A stretch of DNA of 63,495 nt, counting the filler, from Octopus bimaculoides (lineage: Eukaryota), in the NCBI RefSeq assembly GCF_001194135.2. It is 4 parts of 4 records of this genome, joined end to end, with 100 filler letters (N's around TTAATTAATTAA, not from the genome) between each part and the next. Parts side by side here need not be neighbours in the genome. Positions count along the whole stretch, not along the records: positions 36,482 to 51,169 come from NC_068991.1; 3 more parts are not named here. One strand, written 5' to 3'. The notes under the pieces were generated by a model. That model did no database searches and was not told the origin of the DNA. It worked only from the letters and a program-made list of their open reading frames with translations. Shown here piece after piece: positions 37,869 to 50,107 of this stretch. The position numbers and the translations under genes are program-made. The number at the start of each line of letters is the position of its first letter. Position 1 is the stretch's first letter.

Positions 37869-40275
37869 TTTCTTTTCTTACACCAAATTATCTAGCTAAA
37901 CACTTTTTTCCTTTTTTTTATGTATTTGAAATAAAGAAATTTATTAGACTATTCCTATTACTATCATTATTGTTATTATTATTATCATTATTATTATTAT
38001 TATTATTCAAAACAACACATGGACTAAGACTTCTCGATTGCCAATGCAACTGGTCAATTCAAAAGTGATGGTGCTACAAAAAGATTTCGGTTGACAAATA
38101 ATACTCATAAGTCTTTTTAAATTGTCTTTTTTTTCCTTTTATAGTTGGCAGCAAACTAACACACTAATAATATCCAAAGAAGACTGAATTCTTTTACAAT
38201 TCTTACTGGCACCAAAGTTATCTTCTGCTTTATCTAGCTGCCTCGTTTATTTTTTTTTTCCAATTTTTTTTTTTCTTTGCCTGTATTTTCTCATATTTTG
38301 TACTTGTCACAGCTAATAAATTATTGCCTTTTTACATACTTTTCGTGTTGACATTTAATACTTGTGGCAAAATTTATGACAGAATTTATTTCTTTTGTCT
38401 TTACATTATCCTATTCTATCATGTGGCATTGCATGTGAACGGAAAAAAATTCATAGTTTAAGTACAAAAAGTAGTTGCAACATGTAAAGAAATTTATCAT
38501 TTAGCTCTTCAACATTTTTCCAAAGGTGCTNNNNNNNNNNNNNNNNNNNNNNNNNNNNNNNNNNNNNNNNNNNNNNNNNNNNNNNNNNNNNNNNNNNNNN
38601 NNNNNNNNNNNNNNNNNNNNNNNNNNNNNNNNNNNNNNNNNNNNNNNNNNNNNNNNNNNNNNNNNNNNNNNNNNNNNNNNNNNNNNNNNNNNNNNNNNNN
38701 NNNNNNNNNNNNNNNNNNNNNNNNNNNNNNNNNNNNNNNNNNNNNNNNNNNNNNNNNNNNNNNNNNNNNNNNNNNNNNNNNNNNNNNNNNNNNNNNNNNN
38801 NNNNNNNNNNNNNNNNNNNNNNNNNNNNNNNNNNNNNNNNNNNNNNNNNNNNNNNNNNNNNNNNNNNNNNNNNNNNNNNNNNNNNNNNNNNNNNNNNNNN
38901 NNNNNNNNNNNNNNNNNNNNNNNNNNNNNNNNNNNNNNNNNNNNNNNNNNNNNNNNNNNNNNNNNNNNNNNNNNNNNNNNNNNNNNTGTCAAGAATGAGT
39001 TGCTTTTGTAATCTTTATCCAAAGTAAAACAAAGTTATTATGTTTGAGTTTCCTTTAAACCTTTTCACCTTTTCTATATAATCCCGAGAAAAGTTTATTA
39101 GGCATCTTATGTACTGGGCCTGGAATCACAAACATACTTACGATGTCTGAGCTACAATAATACAGTATCCACATCCTAACTTTTAAGGTTTTCCTTGTGA
39201 TAATCTTACTGTTACTTATTCATTTTTCAACAATTTATGTTAGTGATTCTTGGCCCTGTACTGCATATACTTTATACAGTACGGTATTCTGTTTTTATAT
39301 GTACGTACCCTATGAATATTCGTTTAACGATGGGGCTGTTGGAACGTAACTTGGTCGTTAAATGAGGACAGTCTGTATTGTGAAACTGGTAAGAAACCTA
39401 TCAATCATGGGGAAGAAGTGGGTGGAGTGCTTATCCGTTGTATCAATCTAGTGAAGAAAAAACTAGGCAATATTAACCTTTTAATTGCAGGATTAAATTT
39501 CATGGTCATTCCAGTAATGATGTTGAGTATCTACTAAAAAATTCAATTGAATTGGTATTTTCTGCAAGTTATGTTGTCTCAATAAGCTTGACATATCTCA
39601 CTGAAAAATAGTTTCAATCATGACACTCCTTGACTAAAGATTGGTGTATGTAACGGCTTTCTGCAGTTAAGGGAAACTAGTAATGTGTTAATTGGTTTAA
39701 TTTGGCTTAATTGCTTTGGCAATTTTCTGAGCATGTTTCTGTTTCAAATATTCAAAATTAAGAATCATGTTTGCATAATATCATCATCATCACTTTTTTG
39801 TCCACTTTTCCATGCTTGAATGGATCAGAAGGACTTTGAGACAGGTTTTCTATGGCTGGATGCCTTTCCTGTCCCCAGAAATATTCTCTTCTTTATAAAG
39901 AAGAGAATATTTCTTCATGGCTGAGTACATGTTCACAGAGAAGATTCAAAGGACACTGCCGGATGAATGGCAGTGACACTCACTTATAACTAACATGCAA
40001 TATCAAGACAAAGAGAGAGACACACACACATAAAACAGGCTTCTTTCAGTTTCTGTCTACAAAATCCACTCACAAGGCTTTGGAAGGCCAGAACTATAGT
40101 AGAAGACACTTTTTAATGTACCACACAGCGAGATTGAACCTGAAACCATGCAGTTGGGAAGCAAACTTCTTAATCACGTAGACATGGTTTTGCTGAAGGC
40201 TTTCCATCACTCTGTGGTACATGCACCTACCCTGTTATGTAAATTTGGAGTTATAAAATTGCTGAGGTGGACATT

Positions 40276-40547
40276 TTAGTGTGTTTCTGTTTCTTCAAAT
40301 GCTGTTTGAACACAAGATAGAAATTGTACTGATCTTACTCTATGAACCCTTTTTGATACCAAACCATCCAAGACCACCTCTGTTTCAATGATACAGTCTT
40401 CATGTTTAAAGTGATCTAAACACCATCTTCCAAAATTTCCTGTTGATTTGTGTTCCAAACACCAGGTTAATAATGACAAAGTTACTTCACTAAATTCTTC
40501 ATTATTTTCAAAATTAATTGAAACAAAGGCAGTGTATTTCAACAAAG
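40276..40547 (-). CDS. Terminal coding exon of an unidentified gene (LLKYTAFVSINF...GNFGRWCLDHF...TAFEETETH*)
   Basis: Acceptor ccttaacag, 89 open codons plus stop in unique AT-rich DNA, plus-strand frames closed, phase 1 matches the upstream exon. Confidence 0.65.
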
Positions 40548-40639
40548 CTGTTAAGGCATGTAATGACCAGACAGTAAAAAGGGTAAACTAATAAAATATG
40601 GATCACTGTATATTACTAGCGCTTGTTTCTTTAATTCCA

Positions 40640-41960
40640 TCTGAATTTGAATTCAACTAAATACCACAAGGCTCTACCAACTCTGTTAATCTGCTGTCTT
40701 ATGTGGTGAGCTTATGTGTGTTCGCTCAATCAGTCTGTTGCATCCTAAACTCTTTTGCCTGTCTAACTTGACAACCCTCAACTACCATTTCTTGGCACTT
40801 CTTCTCCAATCAGTTTATGACAATGTTTCAATGCATGTCAGTTTAGTCATCTCTTCTGTGCATACATTAATCATTCAATATATGCTTCTAATAATGCTTG
40901 CCCTTTAATCTCTCTTTTTTTCATTTTTTTTCCCTTTCTTACCATATTTCTACTGAAGCATCTTGCCTGTGCACTTGGGTTGATTTTTTAAAATAAGCCA
41001 GAATTCAAAGGGAATTAGTAAAATTTAATTTTTCTTTGAGATGTTGATATTTTAAAAGTTTTTGATTTTAAATTTATGATGCAAGATTTTAAGTTATATA
41101 TATTATGTCATGCTTGAGAAGAAGACCCATCGAGCCAAGTAAAATCACAGTTGTGGCAAATACCAGTGTCGCGCAAATGGCACCCATGCCGGTGGCACAT
41201 AAAAGCACCGGGCCTCACAGAGGCAAAGTGATACATGAAAAGCTCCTTTCGAGTATTGAGCCTCACGGGGACAATGACCGAGACCTTTGGCATTATGTCA
41301 TGCTGGAGAAGAAGACCCATCAAACCCAGTAAAATCGCAGTTGTGGCAGATACCAGTGTCACGCAAATGGCACTTGTGCCAGTGGTATGTAAAAGCACCA
41401 GCACCTTTCAAGTGTTGGGCCTCACGGAGGCAAAATGGCTGATGCTGGTGGAACATGAAAAACTTCTTTTAAGTGTTGGGCCTCACAGAGGCAATAACCA
41501 AAACCTTTGGCATTATGTCATACTTGAGAAGGCCCATCAAGCCAAGTAACAGATGCTGGTGGAATGTAAAAGCACCCATTACACTCTCGGAGTGGTTGGC
41601 ATTAGGAAGAGCATCCAGCTGTAGAAACTGTGCCAAATCAGACTGGAGTCTGGTACAGCGTGCCAGCCCTGGTCAAACCATCCAACCCACGCCAGCATGG
41701 ACAATGGCCACTAAATGATGACAAGACCATTTTGAAATGACAGCTTCTATATCACAGAACTAGAAGAGGTATTTAACAAGTTACTAATTTCCTCAATTTG
41801 GCTAAAATGTGTTTCACCATTATATTTTATTATTATGTCACCTAAGTAATGAAGTTTCTTTCCACCTCCAATTAATTCTACAACCTAGAGATCTGAAGTT
41901 ATTCCTATTGAACAGCCATTTTAGCTTGTAATATCAATAAATCAATCCTATATTTATTGC
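40640..41960 (-). mobile_element. Degraded RTE-type LINE 3' remnant interrupted by a plus-strand SINE-like insert
   Basis: LHYLGDII near 41850 and KKCQEMVVEG near 40790 match the RTE C-terminal region. Confidence 0.5.
41100..41720 (+). mobile_element. Non-autonomous retroposon with three tandem ~190-220 bp body units and an RTE-like tail
   Basis: ttatgtcatgcttgagaagaagacccatc recurs near 41101, 41290 and 41511; tail acactctcggagtggttggcattaggaag...taaatgatga. Confidence 0.75.
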
Positions 41961-43440
41961 ATCAAAGACTAATAACTGAAAATATGATCATAGATTTTGA
42001 TTATGTATATATATATGTATGTGTCTGTCTGTTACACACACACACTACCACTTAACCAGTGTTTGTTACATTCATGTAACTTAGTGGTTCAGCAAAAGAG
42101 AATATTACAATAAGTACCAGACTTTAAAAAAAAAACAACATAAATACTGGCTACTGATTTATTTGACTAAACCTTCAAGGTAGTGCCCCAGTATGGCCAC
42201 AGTCCAATGAGTAATGAAACAAGTAAAAGATATCCATCCACCTTCCAAATACAAAAGGTGAGACACTACACTCCTCTCTTTCCAATTTTCTGTGTAAATA
42301 TCTCGCTATGAGGAAATATCATCTTACTTAGAAACAGGTGGCAAGAAAGGCATCAAGCCATAGAATATTTTTAATTTCCTCTGACCCATGCAAGCATGGA
42401 AAAGTAGACATAAAAATGATAATGATGATGATATGCAAACTGGATTGCTAATTTTGAATGTGTTGAAGCAATTAAGCCAAATATTCGTTAACCATTTTAC
42501 AGTGGAAATTAGATATATCCGTTCAAAATTTCATAACCATCAAATAATAGTTTAGTTATTAATGGCTCAACTAGTAAACAAGTAGTAGAGGGTAAAGACT
42601 CGATTCAGTCATGAATGACCTAGGGATTGCACCTAGAAAGTTCCCTTCCAAGACCCAAGTCCAGGCAAGGTGGTTTATGTGGAAGACCAGCAGTCGTCCA
42701 TGCATACCAGCCTATTATCTTGCAGCTTTGAGATTTCAATGCTGTGATCATTTACGTTTTGAATGACATTGTCGGCCACGTGTAAGAGGCTAGATGTGAC
42801 CAGTTTTAACATGGAACATTTTGGGCCAAATGCTAAAGGATTAAAAGAAGTACCAGTGAAGTACTGAATTCAATATAACAAATATTATATTGAGTAACAA
42901 GATCAAAGTGGAGTGTTCAATGTATGTATGGTGTTAGGCATAAATAGAAGCTAAAGTTCCTGTCTGTTCAACTGGTTTGATTGTATTGCAGCTTAAATAT
43001 ACGTAATTTGATCTACTTATTTAGAAAGTGGAAATCTCTTCACATATCTAAAAGTAGCACCCTCAACTCTTAATTTAATGTAATTGGAATTTTGTTATTA
43101 TTTGTCTTCCTCTGGAGGGAGTGACAATGAGTTGAGTGGTAGGAAAGAGATGAGTTCTTTGTAGCCAACAATCCTCTATTTTCATGTACTTCCTTAAGTG
43201 TTTAGCATTTAAAACCGACCATATCTGGCCCAAATATTCTTCCCGTTTTATGTTCAAAACAGGCCAGATCTGGCCTCTCACATCTACCTTACAATGTCAT
43301 TCTAAAAATATATAATCACATCATTGAAATTTTGAAGCTACAAGATAATGCATGATTAATTTAAGAGTTAATACAATTAACAGTTTAACCTATGAAAATA
43401 TAGATAGGGGAATATCTCCTTATTTCATATATCTCTTTTA

Positions 43441-43820
43441 GTCTTTTACTTGTTTCAGTCATTTGACTGCGGCCATGCTGGAGCACCGCCTTTAGTCGAG
43501 GAAATCGACCCCAGGACTTATTCTTTGTAAGCCTAGTACTTATTCTATCGGTATCTTTTGCTGAACCGTTAAGTTACGGGGACATAAACACGCCAGCATC
43601 GGTTGTCAAGCGATGTTGGGGGGTGACAAACACACTCATATATATACATATACATATATACGACGGGCTTCTTTCAGTTTCTGCCTACCAAATCCACTCA
43701 AGGCTTTGGTCAGCCCGAGGCTATAGTAGAAGACACTTGCCCAAGGTGCCAAGCAGCGGGACTGAACCCAGAACCATGTGATTGGTAAGCAAGCTACTTA
43801 CCACACAGCCACTCCTGCGC
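43441..43820 (-). mobile_element. SINE family B, full length
   Basis: Matches 22247-22582 plus the tRNA-like head. Confidence 0.92.
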
Positions 43821-43909
43821 NNNNNNNNNNNNNNNNNNNNNNNNNNNNNNNNNNNNNNNNNNNNNNNNNNNNNNNNNNNNNNNNNNNNNNNNNNNNNNNN
43901 NNNNNNNNN

Positions 43910-43952
<43 letters not shown>

Positions 43953-44725
43953 ATATGTTATTTTATACAATACAGTGTGAAGGAAGTACTGCAAAATTTT
44001 ACTAATATTAGGTACAGGTGTGACTGGGTGCAGGTAACAGTTGTTCAACAAATGTGAACAATAGGCTAAGTACTAGACTTTAAAATAAACAACATACGTA
44101 CTGCTTTATGTGACAGCCTTCAAGATAGTACCCCAGTATGGCCACAGTCCAATGAGTAATGAAACAAAAGATATCCATCCGCCCTCCAAATATGAAAGAT
44201 GAGACACTACGCTCGACTGTTTCCAATTTTCTGTGTAAATAATATTTTATCATAAGGATATACTTAGAAACAGGTGGCAGGAAAAGCATCAAGCCATAAA
44301 AAATTTCTCTCAAATTCCCTCCGACTCATGTAATCATGGAAAAGTAGACATAAAGATGACAGTAATATGTAAACTTGATTCCTAATTTTGAATGTGTAGA
44401 ACAGAAGCTTATACTCAGAAAACTGTTGAAGCAATTAAGCCAAATGTTCATTAGCCATTTTACAGAGAAAATCAGATGTATCCATTCAAATCTTCAACTA
44501 TTATTATTGTTACTATAGTGGAGGCACAATGGCCCCTGCTCCCCATTATTTACTGGCAAATATTAACAAAAAAATGTGTCAATGGCACATTATTAATGGG
44601 TCAGTATTATGTGATACGTCTTTTGACATATCTGTTACAAGATTATTGAAATTTGTGTAGTTACAGTGGGACAAACTAATGAAGAAAGCATTGTAAAGTT
44701 TGCTCAATGGACGAGATATGGCAAC

Positions 44726-45106
44726 TTGTTGTTGTTGGCACTCCATCACTTACGACGTCAAGGGTTCCAGTTGATCTGATCAACGGAACAGCCTGCTCAT
44801 GAAATTAACGTGCAAGTGGCTGAGCACTCCACAGACACGTGTATCCTTAACGTAGTTCTCGGGGATATTCAGAGTGACACAATGTGACAAGGCTGGCCCT
44901 TTGAATTACAGGTACAACAGAAACAGGAAGAAAGAGTGAGAGAAAGTTGTGGTGAAAGAGTACAGCAGGGTTCGCCACCATCCCCGGCCGGAGCCTCGTG
45001 GAGCTTTAGGTGTTTTCGCTCAATAAACACTCACAACGCCCGGTCTGGGAATCGAAACAGCGATCCTATAACCGCAAGACCGCTGCTCTAACCACTGGGC
45101 CATTGC
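44726..45106 (-). mobile_element. tRNA-derived SINE family C, young
   Basis: Head gcaatggcccagtggttagagc...ggtttcgattcc on the minus strand; core aattaacgtgcaagtggctgagcactccacagacacgtg; (AAC)n tail. Confidence 0.9.
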
Positions 45107-45276
45107 NNNNNNNNNNNNNNNNNNNNNNNNNNNNNNNNNNNNNNNNNNNNNNNNNNNNNNNNNNNNNNNNNNNNNNNNNNNNNNNNNNNNNNNNNNNNNN
45201 NNNNNNNNNNNNNNNNNNNNNNNNNNNNNNNNNNNNNNNNNNNNNNNNTGTATATATATATATATAATAATATAAA

Positions 45277-45311
<35 letters not shown>

Positions 45312-46297
45312 TATATATATACACACATATATGTACATACCTACATATACATGCATATGTGGCTACAGGACGTCAAAAAAACGTGAACAAAATGAGAAAC
45401 GAGAACATAAAAAACAAAAGCGTGGAAAACGAACTTTTTTCGAACAGTGAAAGAAAAAAACAGAGAAACGAGACAGGCAACATAAAGAACATTCACAAAT
45501 GACAATGGATGCACCTCCGTGGTACAAGTCTGTGCGGAAAGTCATCTCACTGGCACAAATGCATTGGAAGACCAGCAGTCGCCCATGCATACCAGCCTCC
45601 CCTCTCCCTGCCACTGATGTTATCCAAGGGAAAGGCAAAGGGGCTGATACAGCTTGGCACCAGTGACATTGCAGCTCATTTCTACAGCTGAGTGAACTGG
45701 AGCAACGTGAGAAGAAGTGTTTTGCTCAAGAACACAACATGCAGCCTGGTCCAGGAATTGAACTCACAACCTCACAACTGTAAGCTCAACACTCTAACCA
45801 CTGAGTCATACACTTTCACACACACACACATATATATATATAATATATATATATTTATGTATGTATGGATGGATGGACGGGGTGGGTCTGTTCCATCTCA
45901 ATCGCAGATTTTTTTAATTAATTTTTTTTAACTAAACAGTTTGAGACTTTGAATACTGGTAGAATTCTTCATGTAGAACACGGTTTACTCTGTACGTTTT
46001 TGACCAAATTTCATATCTTAGAAATTATTTTGTGTTAAAGTTGTCTTATTTGGATAATTTCAACCAACCAGCGACATGTATTCGGTTGAAGAAAGCTACT
46101 GCTGTTTGCAATAGTAATCCTATGTATGCATGTAATGTAAGTATGTATCTATATATGTATATATGGATGTATCATCATGTTCTGAATTCTGTTTTCCTGT
46201 TTGCATCACCTGACCTACTTATTATATCACAAGATAATTCAAACTAAAATTTAAACAAAAGAAACAAGACTTTAAATAAAAAAAATGCTCTTTATAC

Positions 46298-46440
46298 ACT
46301 CAAGAAAATTTTTCAGCTGTTCCAAGGAAAAACTTCTGGTATTCTGCATAGCTGCCTCTACACATCTACACTTTTTCAGTGTAGTTAACCATTGATAGCC
46401 TATCTCTTTGAAAGAAACCAGCTGCTCTCTTTTAAGAGTT
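46298..46440 (-). CDS. Internal coding exon (143 nt, phase 2 to 1), TLKREQLVSFKEIGYQWLTTLKKCRCVEAAMQNTRSFSLEQLKNFLE
   Basis: Acceptor ttttcttcttcatcaataag; 47 open codons; donor t|gtataa is weak; phase joins 48763-48800 to 40276-40547. Confidence 0.55.
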
Positions 46441-46619
46441 CTTATTGATGAAGAAGAAAACTGATGAGGACATTCTATGAGAATTATAAAAGGTTTGGCT
46501 TAGTAACATGAGATGAGAAGCCTTTAAGAGATGAATGTATGTCGGGTTCTTTCACTAGTTGAGTATGTGTTATATCAAATAGAATATTATAATGAATCAA
46601 TAATAGAGTTTCTCTGTGG

Positions 46620-47640
46620 TTGGGCAATTTACTAGAAATAGCAGCTAAATTTCCCTCAATTCAAACCCCACCATATCCGTTATATCAAATAAAATATGGT
46701 GGAGCTTCTATGTAGTCAATCGATTTACTAGAAATAGCAGCTAAATTTCCTTCAATTCAAACCCCACCATATCTGTTATATCAAATAAAATACAATGGGN
46801 NNNNNNNNNNNNNNNNNNNNNNNNNNNNNNTTCTATGTAGTCAATCGATTTACTAGAAATAGCAGCTAAATTTCCTTCAATTCAAACCCCACCATATCTG
46901 TTATATCAAATAAAATACAATGGGCCTTTGATGGGGCCTCTATGTAGTCAATCGATTTACTAGAAATAGCAGCTAAATTTCCCTCAATTCAAACCCCACC
47001 ATATCTGTTATATCAAATAAAATACAATGGGTCTATGATGGAGCCTCTATGTAGTCAATCGATTTACTAGAAATAGCAGNNNNNNNNNNNNNNNNNNNNN
47101 NNNNNNNNNNNNNNNNNNNNNNNNNNNNNNNNNNNNNNNNNNNNNNNNNNNNNNNNNNNNNNNNNNNNNNNNNNNNNNNNNNNNNNNNNNNNNNNNNNNN
47201 NNNNNNNNNNNNNNNNNNNNNNNNNNNNNNNNNNNNNNNNNNNNNNNNNNNNNNNNNNNNNNNNNNNNNNNNNNNNNNNNNNNNNNNNNNNNNNNNNNNN
47301 NNNNNNNNNNNNNNNNNNNNNNNNNNNNNNNNNNNNNNNNNNNNNNNNNNNNNNNNNNNNNNNNNNNNNNNNNNNNNNNNNNNNNNNNNNNNNNNNNNNN
47401 NNNNNNNTTGATGGGGCCTCTATGTAGTCAATCGATTTACTAGAAATAGCAGCTAAATTTCCCTCAATTCAAACCCCACCATATCTGTTCTATCAAATGA
47501 AATACAATGGGCCTATGATGGAGCCTCTATGTGGTCAATCGATTTACTAGAAATAGCAGTCAAATTTCCCTCAACTTAAACTCTATTATATTAAATAAAA
47601 TGTAATGTAATGATAGAACTTGTGTCTAGTCAATCAATCT
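46620..47640. repeat. 107 bp tandem repeat, partly in gaps
   Basis: ctatgtagtcaatcgatttactagaaatagcagc starts at 46833, 46940 and 47047 (period 107). Confidence 0.92.
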
Positions 47641-48333
47641 ATTTGAATGGCAGCCAAACTTCCTTTGACTTAAAATCCTGCCTTCTTAAAAAAAGAAGGA
47701 CACATTAGATTATGTTGTCCTAAAGTCCTTTCATGTAATTCTACAATGTAGTCCCTTAAAAAGGTGGCTGTAATGCGTTTGATCTTAGGGCCAAGCAACA
47801 ATGGCAATAACACATTTTACAACACTTTCATATCACAAAATCTGAATTCAGATTGAAGAGAAAAGCATTCAAAGAATTTAACTTAATTATTTAAATTCTT
47901 TCTTTATGACCTGTAACATTGTTTACTTAAAGAGTTTCTGTTTGTTTATTTATTTTGTCTTATTTATCTTTGCTTACTTTTAATTGCTTGTTAAATTATT
48001 TCTTCTTGAATAACTAACCCATTTCATTTCTACAAGATACGGCACCTCTGTCTCACTCATTCTTATCCCTGCTTGCCTCTTACCTTGAAGGTATCCACCC
48101 TGACACCTGACACCTGACACCCTGACACCTGATCACCACTATTCTTATTGCTTTTCAGCCCCACTTGATTATTCTTACCCTTTCTTCTAAAACACAAGTC
48201 GTCATGTAGCTCCCTACACCAAGAAATCTGTTCTGCTTTGTTCCTTTTCTCTCATTCTTTATTCATCACTACTCCTCATTCTCCAAACATAATAACATAA
48301 AGAATACAATATGTTTATAACAGTGGAGTTAAA

Positions 48334-48665
48334 GGGCATATGGCTCAGTGGTTAGAGCATCAGGCTCACAATCATGAGGTAGTGAGTTCAACTCCCAGAC
48401 CAGACTGTGTGTTGTGTTCTTGAGCAAGACACTTTATTTCATGTTGGTCCAGTTCACTCAGCTGTAGAAATGAATTGCAACATCACTGGTGCCAAACTGT
48501 ATCGACCTTTGCCTTTCCCTTGGATAACATTAGTGGCATAGAGAGGCTGGTATGCATGGGCACCTTCTGGCCATCCACAAAAACAACTTTGCCTGGACTT
48601 GTGCCTCAGAGAGGAACATTGTAGATACAATCCCATAGCCATTCATGACTAAAGGGGGGTCTTTT
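48334..48665 (+). mobile_element. tRNA-derived SINE with strong CpG decay
   Basis: ggcatatggctcagtggttagagcatcaggctcacaatcatgagg head; sites that are CG in related copies read TG/CA; related minus copy at 45490-45815. Confidence 0.85.
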
Positions 48666-48762
48666 AAAGAATAACAATTTAAAACTTGGTGCAGTCACAT
48701 CAAATCCCTTTGATTCTCAAAGGCTACGAAACTCCAATCTATTAACTGATTGACTCACTTAC

Positions 48763-48800
48763 ACAATCTGTTCATTTGCATCAGATAAGAGCAACCGAGT
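48763..48800 (-). CDS. Internal coding exon (38 nt, phase 0 to 2), TRLLLSDANEQI
   Basis: Branch/acceptor ctaatcttattttag and consensus donor gt|gtaagt; open frame; phase fits the next exon. Confidence 0.55.
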
Positions 48801-48993
48801 CTAAAATAAGATTAGCCTTCTTCTAGTAGTGTTACTTTGTAATGTTAAAACAATGTCTATCATAGTTTGGGTGAGATATGCAAGACCAATACTTTATAAC
48901 TTTTCCCCTTCCATATAAGTTAAAAGTAAGGCTTTTATCAGATATTCTGATATTTACATTGCAATGATATAACATGTCGTGGTAAGCTTATAC

Positions 48994-49055
48994 ACAAAGC
49001 ATCTGCAAAATTTTGTAGGGAAGGGCATGCAAGAATTGTTTTCTATGGCTTTCTC
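48994..49055 (-). CDS. Possible coding exon (62 nt, phase 1 to 0), ESHRKQFLHALPYKILQMLC
   Basis: Acceptor ttttcag, weak donor tgt|gtataa, phase fits 48763-48800. Confidence 0.3.
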
Positions 49056-49678
49056 CTGAAAATCTTGAAACCTGAGCATGTTTTCAATAAGTACAGAAGC
49101 TATTGTCAAATAAATATGTGAAGTCATAGAGATAAAAGTATCATGTGTCCTTTCTCCAAAATTAAATAGTTTTCACATCAGATTCGAACTGATGGTACAA
49201 GGTAGTAGACCATGCCAAATCTATATATTTTTTCTCTCTACCACATCCATCATAAAAAAAGAAAGAAAATATTTTTCAAAATTTAGTAGCTAAAAAAAAG
49301 AACTCAGAAATCCATCCGCAAGAATATTCTGCTTCCCTTTACAATTCATTATTTTTATGTATCACAACTAAGCTGATGAAAACATTGCTTTGCCAAGTTG
49401 ACAGCTGAAACCCGAGCATTTCCTTCAAATGCTTGGAATTAATTAGCTGATCCTTTGCTTCCACCAAGTAGCAGAATATTTAGTTACAGTCAGCTTGGCT
49501 TGTCACTGATAGCAAACTGGGGCAAAGCTGTCCTAGCACATATACACACATACATCCACACACACAGCTGTTACGAGCTAGATCACACATCAAGGCCAAC
49601 AGCCATAAGTTATTTCTAAGAGACAGGTCTGCTTGTACACCTCACAAGATTCCTCTTTTCCGTAAACCAGATTCTTAC

Positions 49679-49717
49679 TTTGTGGGTCATTAGTGCAGGA
49701 ATAGTATCAAATTTTCT
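49679..49717 (-). CDS. Possible exon ending at a strong donor, RKFDTIPALMTHK (or a start at MTHK)
   Basis: Donor aaa|gtaaga at 49678; the acceptor is ambiguous (49717, 49727 or 49880). Confidence 0.3.
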
Positions 49718-50107
49718 CTGGCATCATCTGAATGATTTGGCATATGTCAAATGGCATTATAAATTCTTTCTTTCAACATTCTATATTCAAGTGACGGATC
49801 AAGTTCTTTTCCTTTCTTTTCTTTTTTTGAGGTTTTCTTAAACTAGAGTGATTGAAGTGAATACATAAACTTAACCACCCCTACATAATGTTAAAATATA
49901 TATATATTTATTTTCACAATTATTGAGGTCAGTCTTTCATAATTACTAAATTGCATGAATTTTTTTATAGGGATTACAAGCTAATAAAAGTTAATAACAA
50001 CTTCTCTATATTTCTGAAACTAATTAGTTACTGGTGGAACAACTTCTGACAGTTATGAGTTCTCATACGGTGTAAGTAGTCCGACCAGCCTACGCATTAA
50101 ACATCTT

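Noticed and set aside
40937-41000. Strong minus-strand donor atg|gtaaga as an extra exon
   Set aside because: It lies within the decayed LINE remnant, and the phase needed for the next acceptor contains a TAG.
48037-48090. Plus-strand 54 nt open exon with good splice sites
   Set aside because: It appears to lie in an interspersed repeat and is antisense to the better-supported gene, with no partner exons.
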